Below, piece after piece: positions 27,340 to 36,931 of a DNA stretch of 64,000 nucleotides. The notes under the pieces are model-generated. The model ran no database searches and was not told the origin of the DNA. It saw only the letters and a list, made by a program, of their open reading frames with translations. Position numbers and translations under genes: made by a program. The first letter of the stretch is position 1. Each line of letters starts with the position of its first letter. Source of the stretch: a phage; assembly GCA_025812035.1 (NCBI GenBank), contig GCA_025812035.1_4719.1; one strand, written 5' to 3'.

Positions 27340-28164
27340 TTAACTGTCGCTTTCCGACGTATCGATGTAGTTGAAAATACGATCCCGTAAACACTCGTAA
27401 CGAGGCAACGCGCTAAGAATGATCATCTTCAGCTGCATCGCGATCGATGTACGTTCTTCGTCCGATGCGTCGTCTCCCCATTTACCCGGCATAACCTGAA
27501 TGGGTTCGTTCGGATCATGCGGAAATATAAAACTTAACAACAGATAATCCGTGCGGAACTCCCACACTTCCCGACCGTCGTTATCGGTTTCTTTACGCAA
27601 TGTGAAGAGTTGACGTTCGGTGGTTGGATCCAACATCAATGGTCGACCACGGACGATCTCCAGTTTACGCGGACTGACGAACGTTGTACGTTCCGGAAGG
27701 TACTTTTCAACATCGTCTGTATCCAGCAAGAACAAAATGATATCGTCGAAATACTTCGGTGCGTACGTGTGTATCGGTTCACCGTCGGTATACGAAGAGA
27801 TCTCTTGAAGTATCGGCGTCTTATACGAGAAGTTCTGGCACGAACCACGAGTGATCGGTAAGGTGTTCCACTGATGCTCTGTAGACAATTCAACAGGCAC
27901 CAACGGATAGTCATCAATGAACACCACACACGTTGTGCTGACGGGTATTCTTCCATCGTTGCCTGGTTCAAAAACCAAACGTATCTTACCGGTAATTAAC
28001 GCCATCTCATCCGGCATTAAATGGCTTGCTGAACGGGCGAGTCTGAAACCGCTCGCCTGTTTATAAGGTTCGGGTTTATATCCACGTACGATAAGAGAGA
28101 TATCCGCAAGTTCAACGCTCACGAATGCGTTTTCGGTATCTTCATTGTTCGTCGTTAACGTCAT
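27340..28164 (-). CDS. hypothetical protein
   Basis: ORF in track. Confidence 0.5.
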   Translation of the reverse strand: MTLTTNNEDTENAFVSVELADISLIVRGYKPEPYKQASGFRLARSASHLMPDEMALITGKIRLVFEPGNDGRIPVSTTCVVFIDDYPLVPVELSTEHQWNTLPITRGSCQNFSYKTPILQEISSYTDGEPIHTYAPKYFDDIILFLLDTDDVEKYLPERTTFVSPRKLEIVRGRPLMLDPTTERQLFTLRKETDNDGREVWEFRTDYLLLSFIFPHDPNEPIQVMPGKWGDDASDEERTSIAMQLKMIILSALPRYECLRDRIFNYIDTSESDS

Positions 28165-29179
28165 TGTTCATTTTCTCCGTTACAACAAATCGTTCAAGTT
28201 CACGTAATAAACGCTCTTTTAACGCAGGATCAACTTCCGGAGCATGTTTATCACGATACCATTCTGTCCCGTTGTATTGCAGGCTAACATGCCATGTTCC
28301 TAACGGGCTTTCCTCTGCAGCAGCGATGAAATTCTTAACACCGGTTTTGGTAGGATACTCCATGATAGGAACAGCCTGCTTCAGATCCATTACAGTAAGA
28401 TCCTGGAAGTTATAATCCAGGAGCGTTAACGCACGATTCTTGCGTAACAGTAACCCGCAATCCAAGATAGTGAAATCGATACCCCAGAAACGTAACTTGC
28501 CTCCAACCCCAACAGGAGTATGGCCACGATAAACCGCAAGATAAATTTCACCTTTATCGGTTTCTTTGTTGTATCCGGCAATGAAAGCCGCTGTGATTAA
28601 TGGTTGGTGTCCTTTTGCTAAGAAGACGGGGTGGTTTTGATACAACCAGTCACTACGAATCAGATCGGTAACCTGACCTAAACGTGCGGTTGGTACCATC
28701 GTTGATCCTAAAGTCTCATCAACAGGAATCTGATAATACTCGAACAGAACACCGTCGACTTCTTCGGTAGCGTAAGGGGTACGTGCGGGATCGTTAAGCA
28801 GCTTACGGAGTTTTGTGTCGATTTCATTAACGCGATTATCATGTTCTTTCTCACGGCTACCGATCACAAAAGCAACAAGATTGCGTACGCTAACAAAAAC
28901 ATCATCTTTTTCCGTGTCACTGAGATCAGCTTCATCAGGCATTGTTGTCCAATGTAGTGGTCCTTCAACAACCTTAAGCCATTTATCTTCGCGTTCAGGA
29001 TAAACAAAAGGCTTATGCACAGGAACACTGGTGTGCTGAACACGTAATAACAGATTGCATAACGACGGTAATGTTTTCTCTAAAGGTGGGACAATACCTG
29101 ATGTAACGGAAATAACGTAGCGATTAAGAACAAGAGAAGCTGAATAGGTAATGTTATCTAATCCTGGTAATTGATCCAT
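28142..29179 (-). CDS. hypothetical protein
   Basis: ORF in track; AAGGA before ATG; about 300 nt non-coding leader upstream. Confidence 0.55.
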   Translation of the reverse strand: MDQLPGLDNITYSASLVLNRYVISVTSGIVPPLEKTLPSLCNLLLRVQHTSVPVHKPFVYPEREDKWLKVVEGPLHWTTMPDEADLSDTEKDDVFVSVRNLVAFVIGSREKEHDNRVNEIDTKLRKLLNDPARTPYATEEVDGVLFEYYQIPVDETLGSTMVPTARLGQVTDLIRSDWLYQNHPVFLAKGHQPLITAAFIAGYNKETDKGEIYLAVYRGHTPVGVGGKLRFWGIDFTILDCGLLLRKNRALTLLDYNFQDLTVMDLKQAVPIMEYPTKTGVKNFIAAAEESPLGTWHVSLQYNGTEWYRDKHAPEVDPALKERLLRELERFVVTEKMNNDVNDEQ

Positions 29180-29436
29180 GATAGAAATCCTTAGTATGTT
29201 TGATATGTTGTTTAATTGACATATTAAGTTTAAAAGAGGTTATGTTTTACGTATGGTTAATAAAGTATTCTTATCTCTATTAAGTTACGTTCTATCTAAA
29301 GATAGTAAACTGATATAATGCTCCCCACCGCCCCATTCTCCCAAGTAATACTGGCCTACCGGCCCTCTCCTTTTTAAGGGAGAGAGTAAGCATTCAGTAT
29401 TGCTCAAATGAATAAGCAAAACAGTATAAACTTACC

Positions 29437-29458
29437 GTCTTGAGATTTCAAGACGGCG
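29437..29458 (-). terminator. terminator-like hairpin
   Basis: CCGTCTTGA-GATT-TCAAGACGG downstream of 29482-29820. Confidence 0.45.
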
Positions 29459-29481
29459 TAGTAACTATTTGTCTCTTTAGG

Positions 29482-29820
29482 CTAACAACCTATTTCTGCG
29501 TAAACCTTCAACGATTCGAATACATCTTCCTTCTTTATCATCGTCTTGTATAAACGTGATTGAGCAATGATCTTTATCCATTGTTGAGGATCGTGTAAGT
29601 TCACATTTTCAAAACAAGGTGAGGTATTAGCTCCATCGAGTCGGATATACCCTAAGAGCAATCCATCATGATGACCTCGACGGATTTCGATGTGTGGTTT
29701 GAAGAAGATACGATTGTCTGGTGGATACCAGCTTACAGTGTAGTAATGGTTTCCTGAAACAACGGTTTCATGAACGGTTTTTGTTTCGCCGTCAATAGCC
29801 GCGTTTACGCCGGGAATCAT
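29482..29820 (-). CDS. hypothetical protein (trimmed; track ORF extends to 29919)
   Basis: ATG at 29820..29818 overlaps the TAA of the upstream gene (TAATG); terminator-like hairpin downstream at 29437-29458. Confidence 0.45.
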   Translation of the reverse strand: MIPGVNAAIDGETKTVHETVVSGNHYYTVSWYPPDNRIFFKPHIEIRRGHHDGLLLGYIRLDGANTSPCFENVNLHDPQQWIKIIAQSRLYKTMIKKEDVFESLKVYAEIGC

Positions 29821-30419
29821 TAATTTTTGAAGCATGGGACATAAACCTCCATCAACATCGCATAAAGCGCACCGAGCCCATGCAGGACTCGGTCGGGGGC
29901 GAAGGTTGGCGTGTAACACACTTGTTCGGTTGGTGCTTGTTGACGAAAATCTAACGGATCTCCATTGATAAGCATCTGTAGAAGATCAACATCATCTTGC
30001 AGCGTATCTTCATCGATGTATGCATCAACACAAAGCAGTCGGTGTAGCTGCTCTGGTTTAATTGAAATACCCACAACCATGCAGTTGTTGTAGGTGGCGT
30101 TGTCCAGAAAGAAGTGAATGACGCCTGCTTGAGGATCGCCGCCGTAGTGTAGCCAACGCGTAAAGCCAGCTGACATCATCCACAACGGATTGTGTTGCAG
30201 TGCACTGACGACGCGGGTCTCGAATTCCAAACCAAACTTCTGGAAGATCGCACCCATCTGGAAACGATCTTCATCGAGACGGTAACGGAATATACAGGCA
30301 TCGGATCCTGTTGAGTTGTCGTACACCGAAAGAAACCCGCGATGGATTTCCACGGTAACATTGTTGTCGTCAAGCGTGGCACTTGCAGTGCCGTTAGAAA
30401 AGGTTGGAACAAAGCTCAT
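29820..30419 (-). CDS. hypothetical protein
   Basis: ORF in track. Confidence 0.5.
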   Translation of the reverse strand: MSFVPTFSNGTASATLDDNNVTVEIHRGFLSVYDNSTGSDACIFRYRLDEDRFQMGAIFQKFGLEFETRVVSALQHNPLWMMSAGFTRWLHYGGDPQAGVIHFFLDNATYNNCMVVGISIKPEQLHRLLCVDAYIDEDTLQDDVDLLQMLINGDPLDFRQQAPTEQVCYTPTFAPDRVLHGLGALYAMLMEVYVPCFKN

Positions 30420-30967
30420 CTTGTAATCCTTAATTTACCTGAATGAATTATCGTTGATGGGTCCACGATGCGACCGTATTTCGCGCTACGTAATACACGA
30501 TGCCCAAAGAAGTCAGCGGTTTCCAAAACAACCGTATAACAACCGAGTTGATGTTGGTGTCCCCAAAACCGTTCAATGGGAATCCAGCAGGGCGTCATGC
30601 CCTTGTGTCGCCAATCCGTAACGCAACCGAATTCAGCAAACTGTTCAGTAAACCACTCATCAATATCGGTATCCGTAAAGAGAAACACGTGGTCTTTAAC
30701 CAGATAAGCAAACCCCGGATAAAAAAGCTGAGGGTCATCCGGGTCACGAAGATAAACACGAAGTTTATCTAGCGTACCCTCGATAACGATTGTATCGGGT
30801 AATCCTGGTGGTGTGAACCGAAGTTGGAAGTTATCCTCGTTTGCCGAGGCGTTAACCAAATACCCCAATTGAAGGGGTCGATGCAATTCGAAAAGGTTGA
30901 ACGTTAATGCATATTCGATATACTCTAATCCTATATTCATGTCTGACCTATGTGGTATGGATGACAA
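30416..30967 (-). CDS. hypothetical protein
   Basis: ORF in track; 4-nt overlap with downstream gene. Confidence 0.5.
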   Translation of the reverse strand: MSSIPHRSDMNIGLEYIEYALTFNLFELHRPLQLGYLVNASANEDNFQLRFTPPGLPDTIVIEGTLDKLRVYLRDPDDPQLFYPGFAYLVKDHVFLFTDTDIDEWFTEQFAEFGCVTDWRHKGMTPCWIPIERFWGHQHQLGCYTVVLETADFFGHRVLRSAKYGRIVDPSTIIHSGKLRITR

Positions 30968-31072
30968 CGCTTTGCCTTCCGCGAGTGTAATCAGGAAGGT
31001 AATGTAGGTTTATTTTAATCTCCATTTCGCGATGATATGACAGTCTTTATTACGTTTACCATCTGAGGGAGC

Positions 31073-32317
31073 ATGCTCATGTCTTCTATTTTACAGGTGT
31101 TTAATGCGCATGCGGAAGGCATTGACATCGACGAGTATTTTGTTAATCAGGTTATCCGTTACGCGACGCGCTTCCGTACGCAAGACCAAGAACACATGCG
31201 TTTTTTCGGTGGGGTTCTGTTAGGCGTGCAAAAAATCCGGTTCACAACAAAACATAACGATATGTGGTTTTCCGACGTCTTGATGATGGATGAAGAAAGC
31301 TTACGACGCGATTTGAGTAAACTGCCCTTTTACAATACGCAGACCAACCGCGTTGCATCGAATGCGTTTAATCTAAGTTGCTGTTGGTTGCTCTATGCGA
31401 TTTTCCATAGCAAACGAATCAAAAAAGAAAAGGTTCGTGAAGCCGGGATGCTTGCAGCAATGCAAGTCCTTCATTATAAATTCATTTGTGGTTTGGTAGC
31501 ACGACGTTACCCTTATAACGCCGATCCGGCTATTGCCATTAAGGCGTACGATGAGTTGACACTCAAATCGGGTATCAAACGCATGAATAGCTGGAACGAG
31601 TACATCGATGAGCGCTGTAATGCCATCATCGCGCGTAATAGTACACATTTCAGTCGCTGGTCAACCCTGGAACCTGACAGTGTCGCCGAACGATTCGTGC
31701 GTGATGTGAATACCGGAATCCGTAAAGTTATCAACCGTATCACCGATACGTACTACGCGATGTATGAAGAAGGTAAGAAAATCGGCACGTCTTCTCAAAC
31801 CGTAGAGTTGGACGATGGTCTCGCTGTCCGCGATATTAAACGTAACGAAACCACGTATCGTCAATACCTGTTCGAAATCGCTTATGATCGAACAAGTTTC
31901 GTTAAACGCGAACTCATGGTTGTCATCCTCGACGTACATCATACCACCAATCTCCTATCCCTTGAGCGAGCATTAAGCTACATCAGTGCTAACGTAGAAC
32001 GACCGACGAAAGATGGAAAACAGGTCTCTCAGATGTTGCGGCTTGTAATGGAGCATGCTATCGAGTATATCATCTTGAATAAGGTCGATATGCGTGATCT
32101 TACGTTCTTATTCTACATGCGTAACGTGTATACGTCTAACCGTACCAGCAACCCGAAACTGTTAGAACTGCGTAAACTCGGCTCTGAAATCATTAAGAAA
32201 GCAACCAATGCAAGAAACGACGCTGAAGCCGCAGCGACACGCACAGGCGTCTTTCTCTACATCCTGCTTCGTGTGTTTAGCCGTAACTACTATGTTCGTC
32301 GTGCGATGTCGCGTTAA
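31073..32317 (+). CDS. hypothetical protein
   Basis: ORF in track; followed by long inverted repeat at 32465-32507. Confidence 0.5.
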   Translation: MLMSSILQVFNAHAEGIDIDEYFVNQVIRYATRFRTQDQEHMRFFGGVLLGVQKIRFTTKHNDMWFSDVLMMDEESLRRDLSKLPFYNTQTNRVASNAFNLSCCWLLYAIFHSKRIKKEKVREAGMLAAMQVLHYKFICGLVARRYPYNADPAIAIKAYDELTLKSGIKRMNSWNEYIDERCNAIIARNSTHFSRWSTLEPDSVAERFVRDVNTGIRKVINRITDTYYAMYEEGKKIGTSSQTVELDDGLAVRDIKRNETTYRQYLFEIAYDRTSFVKRELMVVILDVHHTTNLLSLERALSYISANVERPTKDGKQVSQMLRLVMEHAIEYIILNKVDMRDLTFLFYMRNVYTSNRTSNPKLLELRKLGSEIIKKATNARNDAEAAATRTGVFLYILLRVFSRNYYVRRAMSR

Positions 32318-32464
32318 CAAGGTAACGGTAAAACTTTACTGACCTTGGTTATTATTTGAAGCATAGGGCTTCACCCAGGAGTACCATCCCTTTAAGTCGT
32401 TTGTCCTCTCCTGGTTAACTGTCGTTCTCTCACAGTGCTCGGCAGACCAAAAAATGCTCAGGCC

Positions 32465-32507
32465 TCATAGCCTCCTCTGGGAATGGAACCCAGAGGAGGA
32501 CTATGTT
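32465..32507. terminator. long inverted repeat, bidirectional terminator-like
   Basis: CATAGCCTCCTCTGGG-AATGGAA-CCCAGAGGAGG(A)CTATG between convergent genes. Confidence 0.5.
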
Positions 32508-32511
32508 TGCT

Positions 32512-32832
32512 TTAAAATTCAATGCGACCTTTTGTCGTAAATAATACGCCTCTTTGCCAACAGAAAAGATCCTCCGATTGAGCGCAAACACGAATACCCG
32601 CATCGAATAGATGTTTTGTTCTGGCGCTTAAACAATCTGGATCTTCTACATACAACAGAAGACGTTGACATTTATTTTGAATGCGTTCAACAAGGATGTT
32701 CTTATCGCTTAAAATAAAATGCGCGTTATCTGTTAAGTTATCGTCAGTTTCCAGCTGTCTGACAAGTTTGATTAAAATACGCAATTGCTCAAGTGTGTCA
32801 TGATCAAATGAATCGCCCATGGCGTACCTCAA
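32512..32832 (-). CDS. hypothetical protein
   Basis: ORF in track. Confidence 0.45.
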   Translation of the reverse strand: MRYAMGDSFDHDTLEQLRILIKLVRQLETDDNLTDNAHFILSDKNILVERIQNKCQRLLLYVEDPDCLSARTKHLFDAGIRVCAQSEDLFCWQRGVLFTTKGRIEF

Positions 32833-32909
32833 CGTTCTACGTCGTTAGTATTATAATACTAACGTTATAATCTCCCCGCCGGTATTAACGGGGAGTCTGC
32901 AGACTACTC

Positions 32910-35141
32910 TTAGAAAAAACCTCCCGGACGGTACTGACCCATCGTCATCCACGCATTACGAGAAATATTTCGTTCGTTCGAAGAGCGGCTTATCTGACGA
33001 TAAGTATTCGCACGTTCCTCCCTTGCTTTCGTGATCATCGCGTCAATAGAAACGGACGCTGAATCCTCTCCACGTATTTTTCCTTTATACGTAAGAAGCT
33101 CTGCCTCCAACCGATCCAAGATAAGACCGTTAGTTTCGGTTTTAAGCAACTCATAGATTTCAGCAACGCGCTGACGCAATTTCGTCTGCTGTTGGTTCAG
33201 ATAAGCTTCGTACGGATCAATTTCACCCGTTACAGATGCCGGTAAACGACTCATGACTTTAAGCGGATCGATACCGTAGTGAATCTGTTTCTTAGCGCGC
33301 TTAATGAACCACATCGCTAACATCCATGCGAAGGTCATGTCATCGTGCATGCCATCCTGGTGGTCGACACGCCCGTCTTTGATAACCAATCCAAGGATCT
33401 CAGAACACAGCATCTTGTCACGTAACTGCCCGCGGGTTTCTACAATACCTTCCATCAAGATGTCGGAATACAACTCCATACGTTTGCGTGCATCCGTCGT
33501 GAAGCCTAAATGCCGTTTACGTTGAGCGTACCAACTTTCGTCACGCATACTCAATGGTAACTTCAGGTCTTCAAACATCGCTGGGTTATCGGCGTGTCGG
33601 TCCACAATGGTGTTGTACACGCGTTTGAACACGTCGATACCTGCTTGTCTCAGGAACTCTTCAATCGCGTCTAGCAACATGATTGCACTGCTTTTACGTT
33701 CAGGAATCAACGTAACGTTCTTATAGCGCATCATGAAGTTGGCCATCCAACGAGCAAAAGAAAGCAAGCTTAGTTTATTGAAACGTCCTGTAGCGACAAC
33801 TTCTGCTGTTTCCACATCTACCATCACCAGACCGATGGCATCACGACCGATAGCGTCACTGGTGTCTAAACCCGCAACCACCTTATTGTTCTGCATGTAC
33901 GTCTCGATTTGACCTCGGGGTATATACCAGTTAATGCAGTAGCCTTCGGGTGAGATCTCAATATGGTCGATTTCACGTTGCCCTGCCATGATCATCTCAA
34001 CCATCTCAGCGGTTAACGGGCTTTCTGCTGAACCGTTGGTCCAGATGTTCATGTAGTCGCGGTCTTTCTGAAGTTTATCACCTTCCGTTTCGTTCATGGT
34101 TTTTGCTAACCATTCATCACTGAATCCCAACTGAGCATGGTTCCATTGTGCCCCGATCCTGACAGTCGCTTTACTAAGCTCGCACGGTACGTTGTTCAAT
34201 ACCGTCTGATGCAGATGCTTTTCGTTACGACAGTCAAAGAAACTTTCAGAGAACGGCGCTGAACGCATGAAAACTTCATAGGCCCATTTACCTTCACGTT
34301 TATCCAATTCACCCGCTGTTGTCGTATAGATGATACTTGTCAAGTCGCCGTTGCTTAACGCTTCATCACGCGCCGCACCCATCGCACCGATACCAGCAGG
34401 AACAATAATTTCGATGTACTTTGTAAACGCGGTTTCGTCGCTATGGAATATCGGGGTTGTTAGACCACGACCGATGTTTGTTGCTTGTTTCTTATCCGAA
34501 CGTGGGATCTTCACCGATAACTTGTTCTTGAAACGTGTGTAGGTCACGTTCTCTTTGTTCGATGAGTCACGACTATCCAACGTCCAAAGATACGCAGGTA
34601 ACAGGTCGCGTATACTGCGCACGTCTTCTACTGTTTTCGTACGAGCATCACCGTCTTTTGTTAGCTGAATAACCTCGGTGTTTCGACTACGAACATAGGT
34701 TAGATAACAGAACAATCCCAACATGGTCATGGATTTACCGGTCTGACGTATCTGTATCTGATACCAGTTCGTTCGGGTAAATATTCCCCAGAGCATCGGA
34801 ATGTTACCGCGGTTAGCGCGGAAAGAAATTTTGTTATCACCCGCTTTAGCTGGAACGCGCATCACTTCACGGAAGAAGTACCACGGATTAAGATAGCATT
34901 CCGCACCGATCATCTGAATTTGTTCTGACGTCAAATTCGGTGCGTGGGGATCAACACCAATCAATCTTGGGTTTAATAGCGCCATGAAAAACGCGGAGTT
35001 TCGGACACCGAATTCACGGCGATACAAGATCGCTAAATCACGCCAACTTGTGTTTGTGGTTTCCCAGTGTGGGACAGCCTGAGGAAAATAATCCCAATCT
35101 TCCTCAAACAGGATGATTTTTTTCGGATCGACAATCGACAT
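32910..35141 (-). CDS. terL: terminase large subunit
   Basis: Walker A-like IRQTGKSMT in the N-terminal half; C-terminal nuclease-like acidic motifs VVAGLDTSDAIGRDAIGLVMVD and DHQDGMHDDMTFAW; 743 aa. Confidence 0.7.
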   Translation of the reverse strand: MSIVDPKKIILFEEDWDYFPQAVPHWETTNTSWRDLAILYRREFGVRNSAFFMALLNPRLIGVDPHAPNLTSEQIQMIGAECYLNPWYFFREVMRVPAKAGDNKISFRANRGNIPMLWGIFTRTNWYQIQIRQTGKSMTMLGLFCYLTYVRSRNTEVIQLTKDGDARTKTVEDVRSIRDLLPAYLWTLDSRDSSNKENVTYTRFKNKLSVKIPRSDKKQATNIGRGLTTPIFHSDETAFTKYIEIIVPAGIGAMGAARDEALSNGDLTSIIYTTTAGELDKREGKWAYEVFMRSAPFSESFFDCRNEKHLHQTVLNNVPCELSKATVRIGAQWNHAQLGFSDEWLAKTMNETEGDKLQKDRDYMNIWTNGSAESPLTAEMVEMIMAGQREIDHIEISPEGYCINWYIPRGQIETYMQNNKVVAGLDTSDAIGRDAIGLVMVDVETAEVVATGRFNKLSLLSFARWMANFMMRYKNVTLIPERKSSAIMLLDAIEEFLRQAGIDVFKRVYNTIVDRHADNPAMFEDLKLPLSMRDESWYAQRKRHLGFTTDARKRMELYSDILMEGIVETRGQLRDKMLCSEILGLVIKDGRVDHQDGMHDDMTFAWMLAMWFIKRAKKQIHYGIDPLKVMSRLPASVTGEIDPYEAYLNQQQTKLRQRVAEIYELLKTETNGLILDRLEAELLTYKGKIRGEDSASVSIDAMITKAREERANTYRQISRSSNERNISRNAWMTMGQYRPGGFF

Positions 35142-35148
35142 ATAAACT

Positions 35149-35180
35149 CCTCCGATGGAGGGTGCCGAGCACCCTCCATC
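35149..35180 (-). terminator. hairpin immediately upstream of the terminase RBS
   Basis: GATGGAGGGTG-CTCGG-CACCCTCCATC followed by GGAGGAGTTTAT-ATG. Confidence 0.4.
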
Positions 35181-35191
35181 GTTGTATTACT

Positions 35192-36931
35192 TTATGCGAC
35201 TTTACTAATAACGACTGCGGTGATGCCGAGATGTAGGTCGACGCCATTCTGTACTTTAATCCAGCGGATATACAGGTTAGCGTTATCCTGTCCCGTACCA
35301 CCTGGGACGTTATTGTTCTTATTCCATTGTGAGATTTCGAAACGTTTCTGCACGTTAGGACCAACCATGATTTCAAAGTGGGTCGGTTCTGGCGCTTTCG
35401 ATTCCGTCTTCTCAAGATAGAGTGGGTGTGTCGCGTAGTAAAGCTGATTCAACCATTCGCCCAGATCTGAGTGTTTGTTTGTCAAATCAACATACGCGTT
35501 ACCAGCAACATCGTAAGTAAACAGCGCTTTCGTATTACGGCCATACACGTCTGTTGTCGTCGGTGTTGTTTGCGAACTGAACGTTACTGTCCAGTAATCA
35601 CCGGATGTTGCCGAACCTGCTTGCAGTAGCGTCATTCGAATAGTCTGCGTATGACGTACGCGTTTGTAAATGGTAGGGTCGACTTCATCTAACCAGATAT
35701 TGTACGCAAATTCTTGAACCTGTCCGTATTTCTTAGGACTAAACTCAGGACTATTCAATGCCAACTGTACTTTATCGGTTACGTTGTAATACCGTTCGCG
35801 GTCAACGTTATACAACCAGAATACCAGCTGGTACCCCACAGCATCAGATACCCATTGCGGATAACAGAACAGTTTAACACTGTAAGCACCCTTCGCCTCT
35901 TTAGAAACGACGGTATAAGGTACGCTGATATGTTTCACTGCTCCTGGTAATGCGTAGGACGTGTCCTCATCGTCATCCAGGTAGTAGTGTAACGCCAGCG
36001 GATGTTTGCTGTTGATGACCTGAGACGTGAAGACGTTAAGGCCGTCCAACACAACCTTGTTACCCGTAACCGGCCAATGCTTAATGGAACCGTCACTGTA
36101 GGTGACTTCCGCTTGAAGGTCAACGGAATCCAGGTTGACGTTAATCGGTAGCTCAAGCAGTTTGGAATCACTGCTACTTAGCCACGTTGACTTCAGTCGT
36201 ACCCCGTCTTCCAGAATGTATTTAATACCCTGGTCAGGTGTGCGTACATAGTCGGTGATACGAACGATCATGCGTTTCATGGACAGCGGTTGTGGTCCAT
36301 CACCATAACCTACCACCATCACCTGCTCGAAATCTTCGACAGGCTTAATGCAGTAACCTTCACGGGGTGCCCAGATGGCTTTATTCGTTCCGTCTTTGTA
36401 AGCGATAAGCTGACACGGAATGAAATCACTGATCTTATTCCCGCTGTTGTCATACATCGCACTGATGATTTCACCTTTGGCACTGATATCAGAACCACGG
36501 AACACCGCAATACGTCGAATATCTGATCCATGCAAATGGAAACGACGATCGATATTCATTGTAGCAGGGATCGTGTTCGTATTAATCAATACGCGCCATG
36601 TATCGTACGACCACGTCGGATCAATACCCTCAAAGGTTGTCGTCCCATCGTCCTGACCATCGAACGGAGCAGAAAGTTGACCGATAAGTTTAAGGGTACT
36701 TAGTTTAGTGCGATCGTCTACGGCGATAACACGGTATACTGCGTTGGTATCCCAGTCTTCAACTTTATCGTCCACGTTGGGAACGTAAAGTTTCCAGTCT
36801 TCTTCAACACCATTATAGATCTCTTTATACGCATAGGTGGTATAGCGTCTGTCGAGATCCTGAATAGCGAGTTTATCCGGATGCTGTTGTGCGTAAAGCA
36901 CCGGATTGGTAATCTCTCTTCCCATTATCAC
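35192..36931 (-). CDS. virion structural protein (function unassigned)
   Basis: Long ORF co-oriented and overlapping (ATGA) with neighbouring structural genes next to terminase. Confidence 0.45.
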   Translation of the reverse strand: MIMGREITNPVLYAQQHPDKLAIQDLDRRYTTYAYKEIYNGVEEDWKLYVPNVDDKVEDWDTNAVYRVIAVDDRTKLSTLKLIGQLSAPFDGQDDGTTTFEGIDPTWSYDTWRVLINTNTIPATMNIDRRFHLHGSDIRRIAVFRGSDISAKGEIISAMYDNSGNKISDFIPCQLIAYKDGTNKAIWAPREGYCIKPVEDFEQVMVVGYGDGPQPLSMKRMIVRITDYVRTPDQGIKYILEDGVRLKSTWLSSSDSKLLELPINVNLDSVDLQAEVTYSDGSIKHWPVTGNKVVLDGLNVFTSQVINSKHPLALHYYLDDDEDTSYALPGAVKHISVPYTVVSKEAKGAYSVKLFCYPQWVSDAVGYQLVFWLYNVDRERYYNVTDKVQLALNSPEFSPKKYGQVQEFAYNIWLDEVDPTIYKRVRHTQTIRMTLLQAGSATSGDYWTVTFSSQTTPTTTDVYGRNTKALFTYDVAGNAYVDLTNKHSDLGEWLNQLYYATHPLYLEKTESKAPEPTHFEIMVGPNVQKRFEISQWNKNNNVPGGTGQDNANLYIRWIKVQNGVDLHLGITAVVISKVA

